A DNA stretch of 64,000 nucleotides, taken from Camelus dromedarius. Taxonomy: Eukaryota. The stretch spans positions 45,012,001 through 45,076,000 of the forward strand of contig NC_087447.1 in NCBI RefSeq assembly GCF_036321535.1, given 5' to 3'. The number at the start of each line of letters is the position of its first letter. Positions within the stretch are counted from its first letter, which is position 1. Shown here in pieces: positions 49,391 through 60,473 of the stretch. The notes below the pieces were generated by a model that worked only from the letters and a program-made list of their open reading frames with translations, was not told the origin of the DNA and did not search any database. A program made the translations under genes and the position numbers.

Positions 49391-50544
49391 CAAAAAGAAT
49401 AAATACCTAAGAATAAATCTAACTAAGGATGTAAAAGACTTGGCAAAAGATAAGACAGTGATGAAAGAAACTGAAGACAACACACACAGATGGAAAGATA
49501 TATCATGTTCATGAACTGGAAGAATTTATACTCTTAAAACGATCAAACTACTCAAGGCAATCTGTATATTCAAAATAACCCCCATCAAATTACAAATGGC
49601 ATTTTCCCCACAGAATTAGAGCAAATAAATTGTGTATGGAAACAGAACAGACTGCTATAGCCAAAGCTACCTTGAAAAAGAATAACAGAGCTGGAGGTAT
49701 CACACTCTCTGACTTCAGAAGACTACACAAAGCTACAGTAATCAAAACAGCATGGTACTGGCACAAAAACAGACATATGTAGATCAATGGAACAGAAAAG
49801 AGCTGAAAACCCACACACTTACAGTCAGTTAATCTATGACAAAGCAGGCAAGGATATACAATGGAGAAAAGACAATCTTATCAACAAGTGGTGCTGGAGA
49901 AACTGTTCAGTTTACATGTAAAAGAGCAAAATTAGAACATTTTCCCACATCATATACAAAATAAACTCAAAAGGGATTAAAGGTGTGAGTATAAGCCCCG
50001 AAACCATAAAATTCCTAGAAGAGATCATAGGCAGAACACTTTTTGACATAAATCTTAACAATATTGTTTTGGATCTGTCTCCTAAGGCAAAGAAAACAAA
50101 GGCAAAAATAAACAAGTGGGACCTAACTAAACTTAAAACCTTTTGTCGCAAAGGAAATCATCAACAAAAGGAAAAGACATCCTAGTGAATGGGAGAAGAT
50201 ATTTGTAAATGACGTCTGATAAGAGGTTAGTATCCAAAATATATAAAGAACTCATACAATCAATATAAAAAAAACCCAAAAACTTGATTTAAAAATGGGC
50301 AAAAAACCTCAATGGACATTTTCAAAAGAACACAAACAGGTGGCCAATAGGCAGGTGAAAAGATGCTCAACATTGCTAATCATCAGGGAAATGCAAATCA
50401 AAACCACAATGAGATATCACCTCACACTCATCAGAATGACTATCATCAAAAATACCACAAGTAACATATGGTGGTGAGGATGTAGAGAAAAGGTACACAG
50501 TCAGTGAGAATATCCAAAGAAAACAAAACAGTAATTCAAAAAGG

Positions 50545-52033
50545 TGCAAAAGCTTATGAGTTTAATTAGGTCCTATTTGTTTATTTTTCCTTGTATTTCT
50601 ATTGCCTGGGTAGACGGCCCTAGGAGAACATTGCTCAGATTTATGTCAGAAAATGTTTTGCCTATGTTATTTTTTAGGAGGTTTATTGTGTCTTATCAGC
50701 CAGTTTGAGATTATTTTTGTGTATGGTGTGAGGGAGTGCTCTAACTTCATTGATTTACATGCAGGTGTCCAGTTTTCCCAACACCACTTGCTGAAGAGAC
50801 TTTTTTCTCCATTGTATATTCTTGCCTCCTTTGTTGAAGATTAATTCACCATAGTCTGTGGGTTAATTTCTGGGTTCTCTGTTCTGTTCCATGGATCCGT
50901 ATGTCTGTTTTTATGCCAATAACATGCTGTTTTGATTACTGTACCTCTGTAGTGTTGTCTGAACTCTCGGAGGATTGTTTCTACAGCTTCATTCTTTTTC
51001 TTCAGTATTGCTTTGACAATTCTGAGTCTTTTGTGATTCTATATAAATTTTAGGATTATTTGTTCTAGTTCTGTGAAAAATGTCCTGGATAATTTGATAG
51101 GGATCACATTAAATCTGTAGACTGCCTTGGGCAGTATGGCCATTTTAACAATATTGATTCTTCTAATCCAAGATCATGGGGTATCCTTCCATTTTTTAAA
51201 AGTCATCATTAATTTCCTTAATCAATGTTTTGGAGTTCTCCATGCATCACTAATTATCAGAGAAATGCAAATCAAAACTACAACAAAGTATCACCTCACA
51301 CCAGTCAGAATGGCCATCAATAAAATANNNNNNNNNNNNNNNNNNNNNNNNNNNNNNNNNNNNNNNNNNNNNNNNNNNNNNNNNNNNNNNNNNNNNNNNN
51401 NNNNNNNNNNNNNNNNNNNNNNNNNNNNNNNNNNNNNNNNNNNNNNNNNNNNNNNNNNNNCATATGATCCAACATTCCCACTCCTGGGCATATATCTAGA
51501 GGGAACATGCACCCCAATGTTCATAACAGCACTGTATACAATAGCCAAGACATGGGAGCAACCTAAATGTCCATTGACAGATGATTGGATAAAGAAGTTG
51601 TGATACAGTTATATAATGGAATACTACTCAGTGATAAAAAATAATAAAATAATGCCATTTGCAGCAACATGGATGGACATGGATATCGTTATTTTAAGTG
51701 AAGTAAGCCAGAAAGAGAAAGAAAAATATCATATGATATTACTCATGTGGAATTTAAAAAAAAAAGAAAGAAAGAAAGAAAAAAAAAGAGGTCACTAATG
51801 AACTCATCTGCAAAACAGAAACAGACTTGCAGACATAGTAAAGAATTATGGTTACCAGGGGAAAGGGGGTGGGAAGGGATAAATTTTGGAGTTTGAGATT
51901 TGCAAATGTTAATCACTATATATAAAAATAGATAAAAATACAAATTTCTTCTGTATAGCACAGAGAATTACATTCAATATCTTTAACTTTTATTACATTC
52001 AATAACCTTTAATGAGAAAGAATATGGAAACAA

Positions 52034-52090
<57 letters not shown>

Positions 52091-52144
52091 CTTGACTGGG
52101 ACATTATGCTGTACACCAGAAACTGATGCATTGTAACTGACTAT
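50545..52144 (+). mobile_element. Younger L1 with a 5' inversion (antisense 50545-51244, sense 51245-52144) and a (TG)n(TA)n tract in the 3'UTR
   Basis: The antisense segment begins 'tgcaaaagcttatgagtttaattaggtcc'. The sense part begins 'catcactaattatcagagaaatgc' and ends 'gggacattatgctgtacaccagaaactgatgcattgtaactgactat'. Confidence 0.8.
51328..51460. other. Assembly gap or masked run, 133 N
   Basis: N run inside L1. Confidence 0.95.
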
Positions 52145-52225
52145 CAACCCAATATTCATAGCATCATTATTTACAATAGCCAAGGTATGGAAGGAACCTA
52201 AGTCACTGACAGATGAATGGATAAG

Positions 52226-53240
52226 TCATACTATAGTTGTATTTCTCAGTTTGACTTATTTCACTAAACATAATGCACTTTAAATCCATATGTGTTGTTG
52301 CAAATGGCAGAATTTCATTATTTTTAAATAACTGAGTAATATTACATTGTGTATAATTATCACAATTTATATATTCACTCACCTGTATAGATACCTAGTT
52401 TGCATCCATACCTTGGCTATTTTAAATAATGCTTCTGTGAACGTTGTGGTGCATGTATCTTTTTTAGTGTTTTCTTTTTTTTTTTTTTTTTTCAGTTATG
52501 TACCCAGGAATGGAATTGCTGGATCATATGGTATTTCTACTTTTAGTTTTTTAAAGGAAACTCCATACAGTTTCCATTGTGGCTGCACCAATTTAATAGC
52601 CCACCAACACTGTACTTGCATTCTCATTTCTCCACATACTCACAAATAGTTGTTATTTGCTGTCCTTTTGATAACCATTGTAATCGGTGTGAGGTGATAG
52701 CTCATTGTGGCTTTGACTTGCATGTCTCTGACGATTAGCAATGTCGAGCACTTTTTCATGAGCCCTTTGGACATCTGTGTACCTTCTTTGGAAAAATGTC
52801 TATTGAATCTTCTGTCCTTTTTTTATTTGGATTCTTTGTTTTATTGATAATGAGATGTATGAGCTGTTTTTAAATTTTGATATAAACACTATTGGTCATA
52901 TCATTAGCAAATGTTTTCTCCCATTCAGTAGTTTGGTTTCTCAGTTTGTTGATAGTTTTCTTTGTAGGGCAAGTGCTTTTAAGTTTAATTAGGTCCCATT
53001 TGTTTAGTTTTGTTTTTCTTTCTTTTGCCTTAGGAGACAGATCCAAAAATCTATTGCCATGAGTTATATCAAGAAGTGTCCTAACTATGCTCTCTTTTAG
53101 GAATTTTACTGTTTCAGGACTTACATTTAGGTCTTGAATTTCTTTTGAGTTTACTTTTCTACATGGTGTGAGGAAATGTTCAGTTGTCATTCTCTTGCAT
53201 GTAGCTGTCCAGTTATCCCAGCACCAAGTATTGAAGAGAT
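52226..53240 (-). mobile_element. L1 3' fragment, antisense
   Basis: 'tgacttatttcactaaacataat', 'ggaattgctggatcatatggta', 'gtgtgaggtgatagctcattgtgg', 'gtccagttatcccagcacca'. Confidence 0.8.
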
Positions 53241-54705
53241 TCCAGGACACCTTTGGCATTTTACTGAGGAGAGGATCTGGAACTGGGAGCAACTTAGGGA
53301 TATCTTACTGTTTTCAGCAGAGGGCTTCATTTCTGGGGCCGGGAGTCTCTGTTATAAAGTGAATGCCCCTGGATGTGCAGATGTTTCTCTGTTGTATACG
53401 GAAACTCAGGGCTTTCAATTCTTATATCTGGTTGTTTCATTCTTAACTGGAGGATTGGGCATTCTAGTAAATGAAAAGCCATCATTGTCCCTGGAGAGTC
53501 ATTTGTCAATAATCAAGGGTACAGATTTTGCTAATGAGTCAGAACGTCAGTCATCGTAGCAATGGGGTGACAGGAAGGCAGAGGTCAAAGGGAAAATTTA
53601 GACGATCAACTCCCTTCAGTTCCTATGGATGAATGGTCAGATATGGATGTGTACATACACACACAGACACAGAAACTGGAAAAATTGTCCTCGCAAACCC
53701 TCATAAACTCAAAGGTCATCCAAAGATGAGGAAGCTGAGAATTCTTGGGAAAAAGCAGGAATGAGAGTAGATTCTACTTGAACAAACAATTCACTTTTTT
53801 CTTTTTCTTTTTTTTGAATTCTAATTTGGTTGGAGAAAATGTTGGAGAAAAAATTCCAAAAGACAGAGGGATCCCACAAAGCTCTAGATGAACATATATT
53901 GCAGAAATAATTCCTCTCTTAACTCACTGAGGGAAGATAACAGGTTTTTCCTCTTCTCTTCCTTCCTAAGAACTTTTATGTCATTGCAAAAGTTAGTGTG
54001 ACTAGGGCACACAAAACAGTTACCTACATCAGTTAACATATCCCACAATTACACTTCTGACTATTAATGTATCACTGTGAATAATAGCTTATTAGCTGGG
54101 CAAATAGAGCCCAGACTAAAATTCAATTTCAATAAAATTGATTATAAGCAGACCATTTTTTAAAATGTAAGATAAGGCAAATTGCAGAAAAGTTTGAAAT
54201 AAAAAAAATAGTAATTCATTGATCAATTTATTCAGTTCTTAAAACATAGCAACGGTAATAATGTTGAATACAAACTAGCATATATTCTAAAAATGATTTA
54301 TCTTGGTCATAGGAAGAAGGAGACAAAAAATAAATACATATCATATTGGACCACCACTTATATCCTAGAAATTACAGACGCTATTGCAAACAGTGTATTG
54401 TTTAATATTCACAATATTGATCAGGTAATTTTTTTACAAATGAGAAACAATTCCATAGAATTTAGTTTACTTGTAAAGAACCAGTGTGTAGCAACACCAG
54501 AATTATAATAAAATTCTACTTGTGGTCACACACACACAGTTTTCCATGGCAGGGAGAGCTGGAGTAGTCTTGTCAGCAGCACAGAGGCATCTAGAATCTG
54601 CAAAATGAGACGACAGTAAAAACAACCCTTGTGCCCCTGAAGGCACAAACCTGTTAATGAGACACTGACACGGGTTATATTTCTCAGTAATGAACAAATC
54701 TAATA

Positions 54706-54711
54706 TTTATT
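54706..54711 (-). terminator. Candidate polyadenylation signal (AATAAA) of the TRIM5-like gene
   Basis: TTTATT on the plus strand about 690 nt downstream of the stop codon. Not verified. Confidence 0.35.
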
Positions 54712-55396
54712 GTTAAGTTGAGAAGAATAGATGCTTTATACTTAATAACATTTATCTACTCACAATGATCTTATATATGGTGCAGTTTTCATACCAAGAT
54801 CATTTTAAGAAAATAAACAGAGTGTTCTAGTATGTTTTTCAAGGTTTCACTGCTCATATGTGGAGAGACAGGGCTTGAAGTCACATACTCTGGATACAAA
54901 ATTCCCACTCTTAGTACATGTTATTTGTGATATTTTCTCCTTAATTCCTTGGGGAGTAAGGGACAATATAGGTAAACTGAGACACCACTCAGGATCACAC
55001 TTTAGTAAATGACAAGTAAATACAAAGGCTTTGATAATATATGAAATTTTTAAGAAGCATCCCTTCCTCTTCTTGGTCAGTGCCAAAGGAAATGAGGCTG
55101 TAAAAATTTGCAGAGGTGTTCCATCAGGACTGCTCCTTTGTACGGCATTAATCACTTTTTCTTGGGGTGTAGAAAATGATGAATTAAGATTTTCTCCTAA
55201 TCTAGACATGATATTAGACAAAAAAAATAAAACACAGGGCCAGTTGAATAGCCTAACTGATGAATGAAAAACATTCAAATGGAAAAAAAAAGATAGAACA
55301 AAGGAAAATGGAGGGATGGTGCAGATGAGCTCAGGCAGGTTAGATGCACGCACAAGAAGAGGCAGGAGAAAGAAGTAGGTGTGAGTGTTACAAGGT

Positions 55397-55983
55397 TCAG
55401 GAGCCTGGCAAGCACAGAGTCATGGGGGCCTCACATTTCATAGGATTGAAATATGCATGCGTTTTCTGCGAAAAGGAACACGAAGAGAATTTATAGATGA
55501 GAGACCCATTGTTTGTGACATTGAAAAATGAGGCAGTGCGAGCATCATAGTCTAGGAAAACCCCAATACGCCTGGGAGGAACACTCAGGGAGAGGGGTAT
55601 CTTTAAGGGATCAGAGGAGGGAGACTGGGCAAAAGCATAATATTGATAATTCTGTAACCCTATAACACAGTAGCCACATTTAGGTTGATATTGCAAGCAA
55701 ACAGGTTGATAATTTTCATGTTCTTGGGATAAAACTCTCATAAAATTTCTGTGTCGGTTTTCATCATATACCCCAAGGATCCAGGCACGTTTCTGTGACA
55801 CATCTACCTCCCAGTAATGTTTTCCTCTTGTAATAAATGGGGAGCCTAGGACACCAGGGTCTTGATAATCACCATTCAGATATGCATTGGATTGTCCAAA
55901 AGTATGCACATAACTCATTCGTCTTCCATCCGCAGAAATGACAACATTTGATTTACGCTTTGGAGGAATCAGGGTCACGGGAA
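55397..55983 (-). CDS. TRIM5: TRIM5-like exon 8: B30.2/PRYSPRY domain
   Basis: Acceptor ttatttttcaacag|TTCCCGTG. (V)[45 protein letters not shown]. Confidence 0.92.
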
Positions 55984-58900
55984 CTGTTGAAAAATAACAG
56001 CATTGAGTGAGGGATACGATGTAGTTTTATTTGTGATGTCGTGGAAGGGATCTTTAGAAGAACTTTAAGGGAAAGAAAATATGTTTGTGTTTGTGTATGC
56101 TGGGAGGGGAGACATGGGTCTTAAAACAGGAGACCTACTAGAAAATGAAAGACTCTAAAAGTTGATGAAAAGAGGGTGGCTTGATGACAGTGTGATTTCT
56201 CCTTACCCCAGTAGCGTTGCACGTCTCTCAGCTCTGAAATGATAAAAATCATAATACTAAATGTAATCAAAGGAATTAGGACTGAAATATATTTTCTCCC
56301 AGTTTAGGGGAAGGACTGTTGTGAAGTAGAAAACTGGCAAAAGAGAGAATGATCCAGACACCTGGTCACTCCCCATTAAATACCACCATATCGTCAGCAC
56401 ATAGCATCTGGCCTCCAATGTCTCTATCCACCCTTAGAAATTGGAGCCGCTTCCTCATTTTCCGCAGCCATCACAACAATCCCACAGACACCCACATGGG
56501 GAAAAACTCCTCACCATCAAACACTCTGAAAATCAGTCTCAGATCAGGAGCTCGAAACACTCTCCTTTGTTCCTTGGAAAAGGTTTTTGGCTTCTTCAGA
56601 GTCAAGGTCTCACTCCTAGGGAAGACAAAAATTGACCCCCACACCTCGGACACTTCACCCCTCGAAAAACACTAACTTGAAAAATTTTCCACCCATTGAT
56701 TCACCTTGAACTGTTTTCCCTGGAGACCCTGGGAAAGTAAAGAGTGGATGCCTGACCTTGGAGCCAGAACAAATGTGCTCATGTCAGCTTTCCCAGTTAC
56801 TCTCTGTGTGACCTGAGAAAGTTTTGACCTCTCATAAGCATTGTTTCTTCCTTTCAAAATGAAATCATTAACCTCTCCCTCACTACCTCCTAGAAATCAT
56901 AGGAAATATTACATTAAGAAAACAAAACTTTGGTACCATAAAAAATTGCTTTGTGGAAAAGTCACTGCATGGATATGGGTTCCCTGGAAGACATAAAGTG
57001 AGCTTGTGAACCTGCCTCCTGGGAGTTTGAGACGTATCATGTATGAGAATATTGTCCAGAGTGTCCCCAAAATTTCAAAGGCTGCTTCCCAACAGGAGAC
57101 CCTCAGAATAACTTGAGATTTCAGGTTCTCTGGGAACAACTAAAAACCCTAGGGAAATAAGACATCATGAATACTAAACCAACAGAGGTCTGAATTTCAT
57201 GTGTTTGTAAAGAGTTTCATGCTGCCACGTAGGGGTGCAAATTCAGACATAAAGATGCCACCTTTTCATTCTGGCTTCTAGAGTATGTGACCAAATTGGA
57301 TCAAATGTTTGTGTCAGGGCCAAAATATTCCTGGAGATTTAAGTCTATTTTGGGGAATTTAAACAGAATAATATGTAAGAAGCTGGTCTCTTCTACACCC
57401 AGGGCAGAAATTCAAATATAAAGGAGTTTTCTCTAGTTCTGGATGCTTGACAGATAAAGAAGATCTGACCTTCCCATGACAAGTCAAACACCTGTTAAAT
57501 ATGAGAATCCAAGTTAGATAATGACACACAGTGTGAATTAAACATTTGAAGCCACAGGTGTCTGATATTCGAAAGTGTTATCCCTAATACTACTACAGAC
57601 GCAAACTCTGCAAATTCCCATGACCAAAACTGTCTACTATGGAATCTAGTCCACTCTCAGTATTTATAGAACAATCTAGCTATGATTTGTGAACAGAAAT
57701 TTAAGATAAATGTGCATCCCATTTTTTCTTCCCTGAACATTATTTTACTCGAATTGGCCACCAGATAACTCCAATGGCTTTCTATTATTTCACAGACCAA
57801 AAGGACCAAGTCTGCTCTCCCACACATACCTTTTTATGATGCCATGCACATCCTAGTGAGAAAAGAGAAAACACGAGTCAAGAACCAAGCAGTTCCCCTA
57901 CTTACAAAGCTTCTTCACGTCCCCACCATTCCCTATGGGAACAGAGATGGTCTCAGTGTGAGAGCCGGAAACTAAAGATGAGAGTGAGGTCAGTCACGCC
58001 AGAGACTCATGTGATGTTGTCAGGTTCCCAAAAAGGTGAAAAATGCTTTGGCCATAACGAAACAAGAGCATGAAACTTCCATATCAGGAGATGAGACATG
58101 TTTATGGGAAAAACAAGAAGCCTGTAAATTTGATGGCCCATGAGTTGATTTGAATACTTCATGAGATGATTTAAATGCTGTCATTTATTCACTAAAACTG
58201 TGAAATGATGCACTGTTATTTATCAAAGCTTTGGAGTATCAAAGATGAATACATAATCCTAATCTCTGCTGAACTATTTATAAGGCTTTTGTTGAGGGTA
58301 CAAGTAAACAAATGTATTCATGCAGGTATTTTTGAGGTCTCTCTCTTCTCAATTTATGCATTGTTAATGACCCCTTCCTCTCTCTTAAATTCAGCATGCA
58401 CATATGTGCAGTTCATTTCCAACTCTTTATTTTTATTCAATTTTGTCTCTTAAATGCATATTATTATATTCAGTCGTGAAACAGCCACAGGAATCAGTGA
58501 CGTAGAATGTCTAATATGTTAGTTATGATTCACTGACCAAATTGTTTCCTCTCTTGTACCCCATTTTCATCATGTTCTCAATATCCACTCACTGCCCTAA
58601 AAACTGCAGAATTTATCTGCATTTTGGCCTCTACTGAGTCAGTTTAGTCCAGATCCTTTAGAGTTTTTAGCCATCTAACCTTCTTAATCATGACAGATAT
58701 TGTTTTGTTTGTCTGAACATATATGTACCACTATATTTAATCACTTTTACTGAAGACTTACTTCATTCATGTCACCAAAAAGTAGGACCATAGCTGGGTT
58801 TAGGAAAAAAATTCTTTCTGTATTAGGGCTCCTTTGTTGTACAAGACAAAACTCAAATAAATATAGAATAAGTAGAGAAATGATAAATGATTCTGGGGGA

Positions 58901-60409
58901 GAGCTACAACTTTAATCAAACTTTAATTATGAACCTCAAACTTTGTCATCAGAATCAGGTCTCTATCTTTCTCCAGTTTTGTTTATTCCACTTATATTAG
59001 CTTTATTCTCAGCTCGTGAAGGATACATGAATCTCCTCATATAAACTCTAGAAGAAAAAAGAGCTTCTCCTCCCAGTTACAACAAAAAAGTCTGCACACC
59101 TGCAGGCACAAGCCTACACAGGGTGAGCAGCCCATGTGAAAAACATCCCTGCGTTGTTTTCGAAAGGAAGTGAAGTAGTGCTGAAGGAAGTTTCCATTTT
59201 TACTGGAAATAGCTTAGTGTGGTCAGAAGTAGCCCGTGATAGGGTAGGAGACATATTGTAATCACTCAAGCAACCGCTAGGAAAAAAGCTTAAAAAAATA
59301 CAGTGAGGAAATAGGACAACTTAAAATTGTATACTTGAAAAATTCGTTTAACACAGAAGAAGCTAGTTAAGACGAAGGAGAAGAATGAAAACTAGAGTAG
59401 CCGTATAGAATGCAAATAGCAAAATGGTCAGTTTAATCACAGCCATGTCAGTAACTGCATTAAATGTCATGCATTAATACCACAAGTGAAAGGCAGAGAT
59501 GGTAGGGCTGGATAAAAAGCAAAGTTCAACTATTGCTATCTATCTATCTTGAATCTTTAGATTCAAAGACACAAAAAGGGCAAAAGTAAAAAGACAGAAA
59601 AATATACATCATGCAAGCAATAATCAGGAGATAGGTCAAGTGCTTATATAAATAGTAGACAAAATAGACTTTAAGACAATAAGTATTATGTGAGAGTGAG
59701 AGAGAAATTTTATAATGGCAAAAGGTTCAGTATATCAAAAAGTTATAATGATTATAAGCGTATATACACCTAACAGCAGAGCTTCAAAGAACACAAAGTA
59801 AAATTAAAAAGGGAAATAGACGATTCAACAATAGTTACACATTTCAAAATCTCACTCTTAACAATGAGAGACTAGCTTATACGGAAACCATCAAATTTAT
59901 AGACGACATGGACGATACTATCAACCATCCTGACCAAACTAACAGCTATAGACCATTTTACCCAATAATTGTGAATGCACAATCTTTTCAAATCTATATA
60001 GAAAATTTTCCTGAACATAAAGTTCTTAAGCCATAAACAAGTATCAATGAACCTAAAAGTTTTAAAGTACAAAAATATATATGCTCTCTGATTACAGCAG
60101 AATTAAATTTGAAATCCACAGCAGAAGTAAAACTCATAAGTCACCAAGTATTTTCTAATTAACAACACACTTTAAAATATCCAAGGTTTAAGAAAGCAAA
60201 ACAAAACAAAACAGAAAACTGCAAAGGAAATCTGAGAAGGTGAAATTCAATGAAAATTAAAACTAAACAATCAAAATGTGAGGAATACAACTAAGGTCAT
60301 GCACTTATATCATTAAACACTGTATCACAAGAGATGGTCTCAGATCAGCGATCTAAGTTCCCACCTCAGGAAACTAAGGAACTGCATATTAAACCAGCAC
60401 ACACACACA

Positions 60410-60473
<64 letters not shown>

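Larger units (their letters stand above)
49391..52225 (+). mobile_element. Older L1 ORF2 3' part (49391-50544, resuming 52145-52225), host of a nested L1
   Basis: 'aaacagcatggtactggcacaaaaacagaca', 'caacaagtggtgctgg', 'agggaaatgcaaatcaaaaccacaatgagatatcacctcaca'. Breaks at '..gtaattcaaaaagg' and resumes at 'accccaatattcatagcatcattatttacaatagccaagg'. Confidence 0.8.

Noticed and set aside
24199-51603. ORFs containing long X runs
   Set aside because: Artefacts of N gaps within L1; not genes.
53176-53559. 127-aa plus-strand ORF
   Set aside because: Begins inside antisense L1 and runs into unique DNA; no homology evident; probably a chance ORF.
53240-56206. TRIMCyp-type cyclophilin A retrocopy in intron 7 or downstream of TRIM5
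   Set aside because: No CypA motifs (VNPTVFFD, FHRIIPGF, GSQFFI) in any frame that I read, and intron 7 is only 223 nt.
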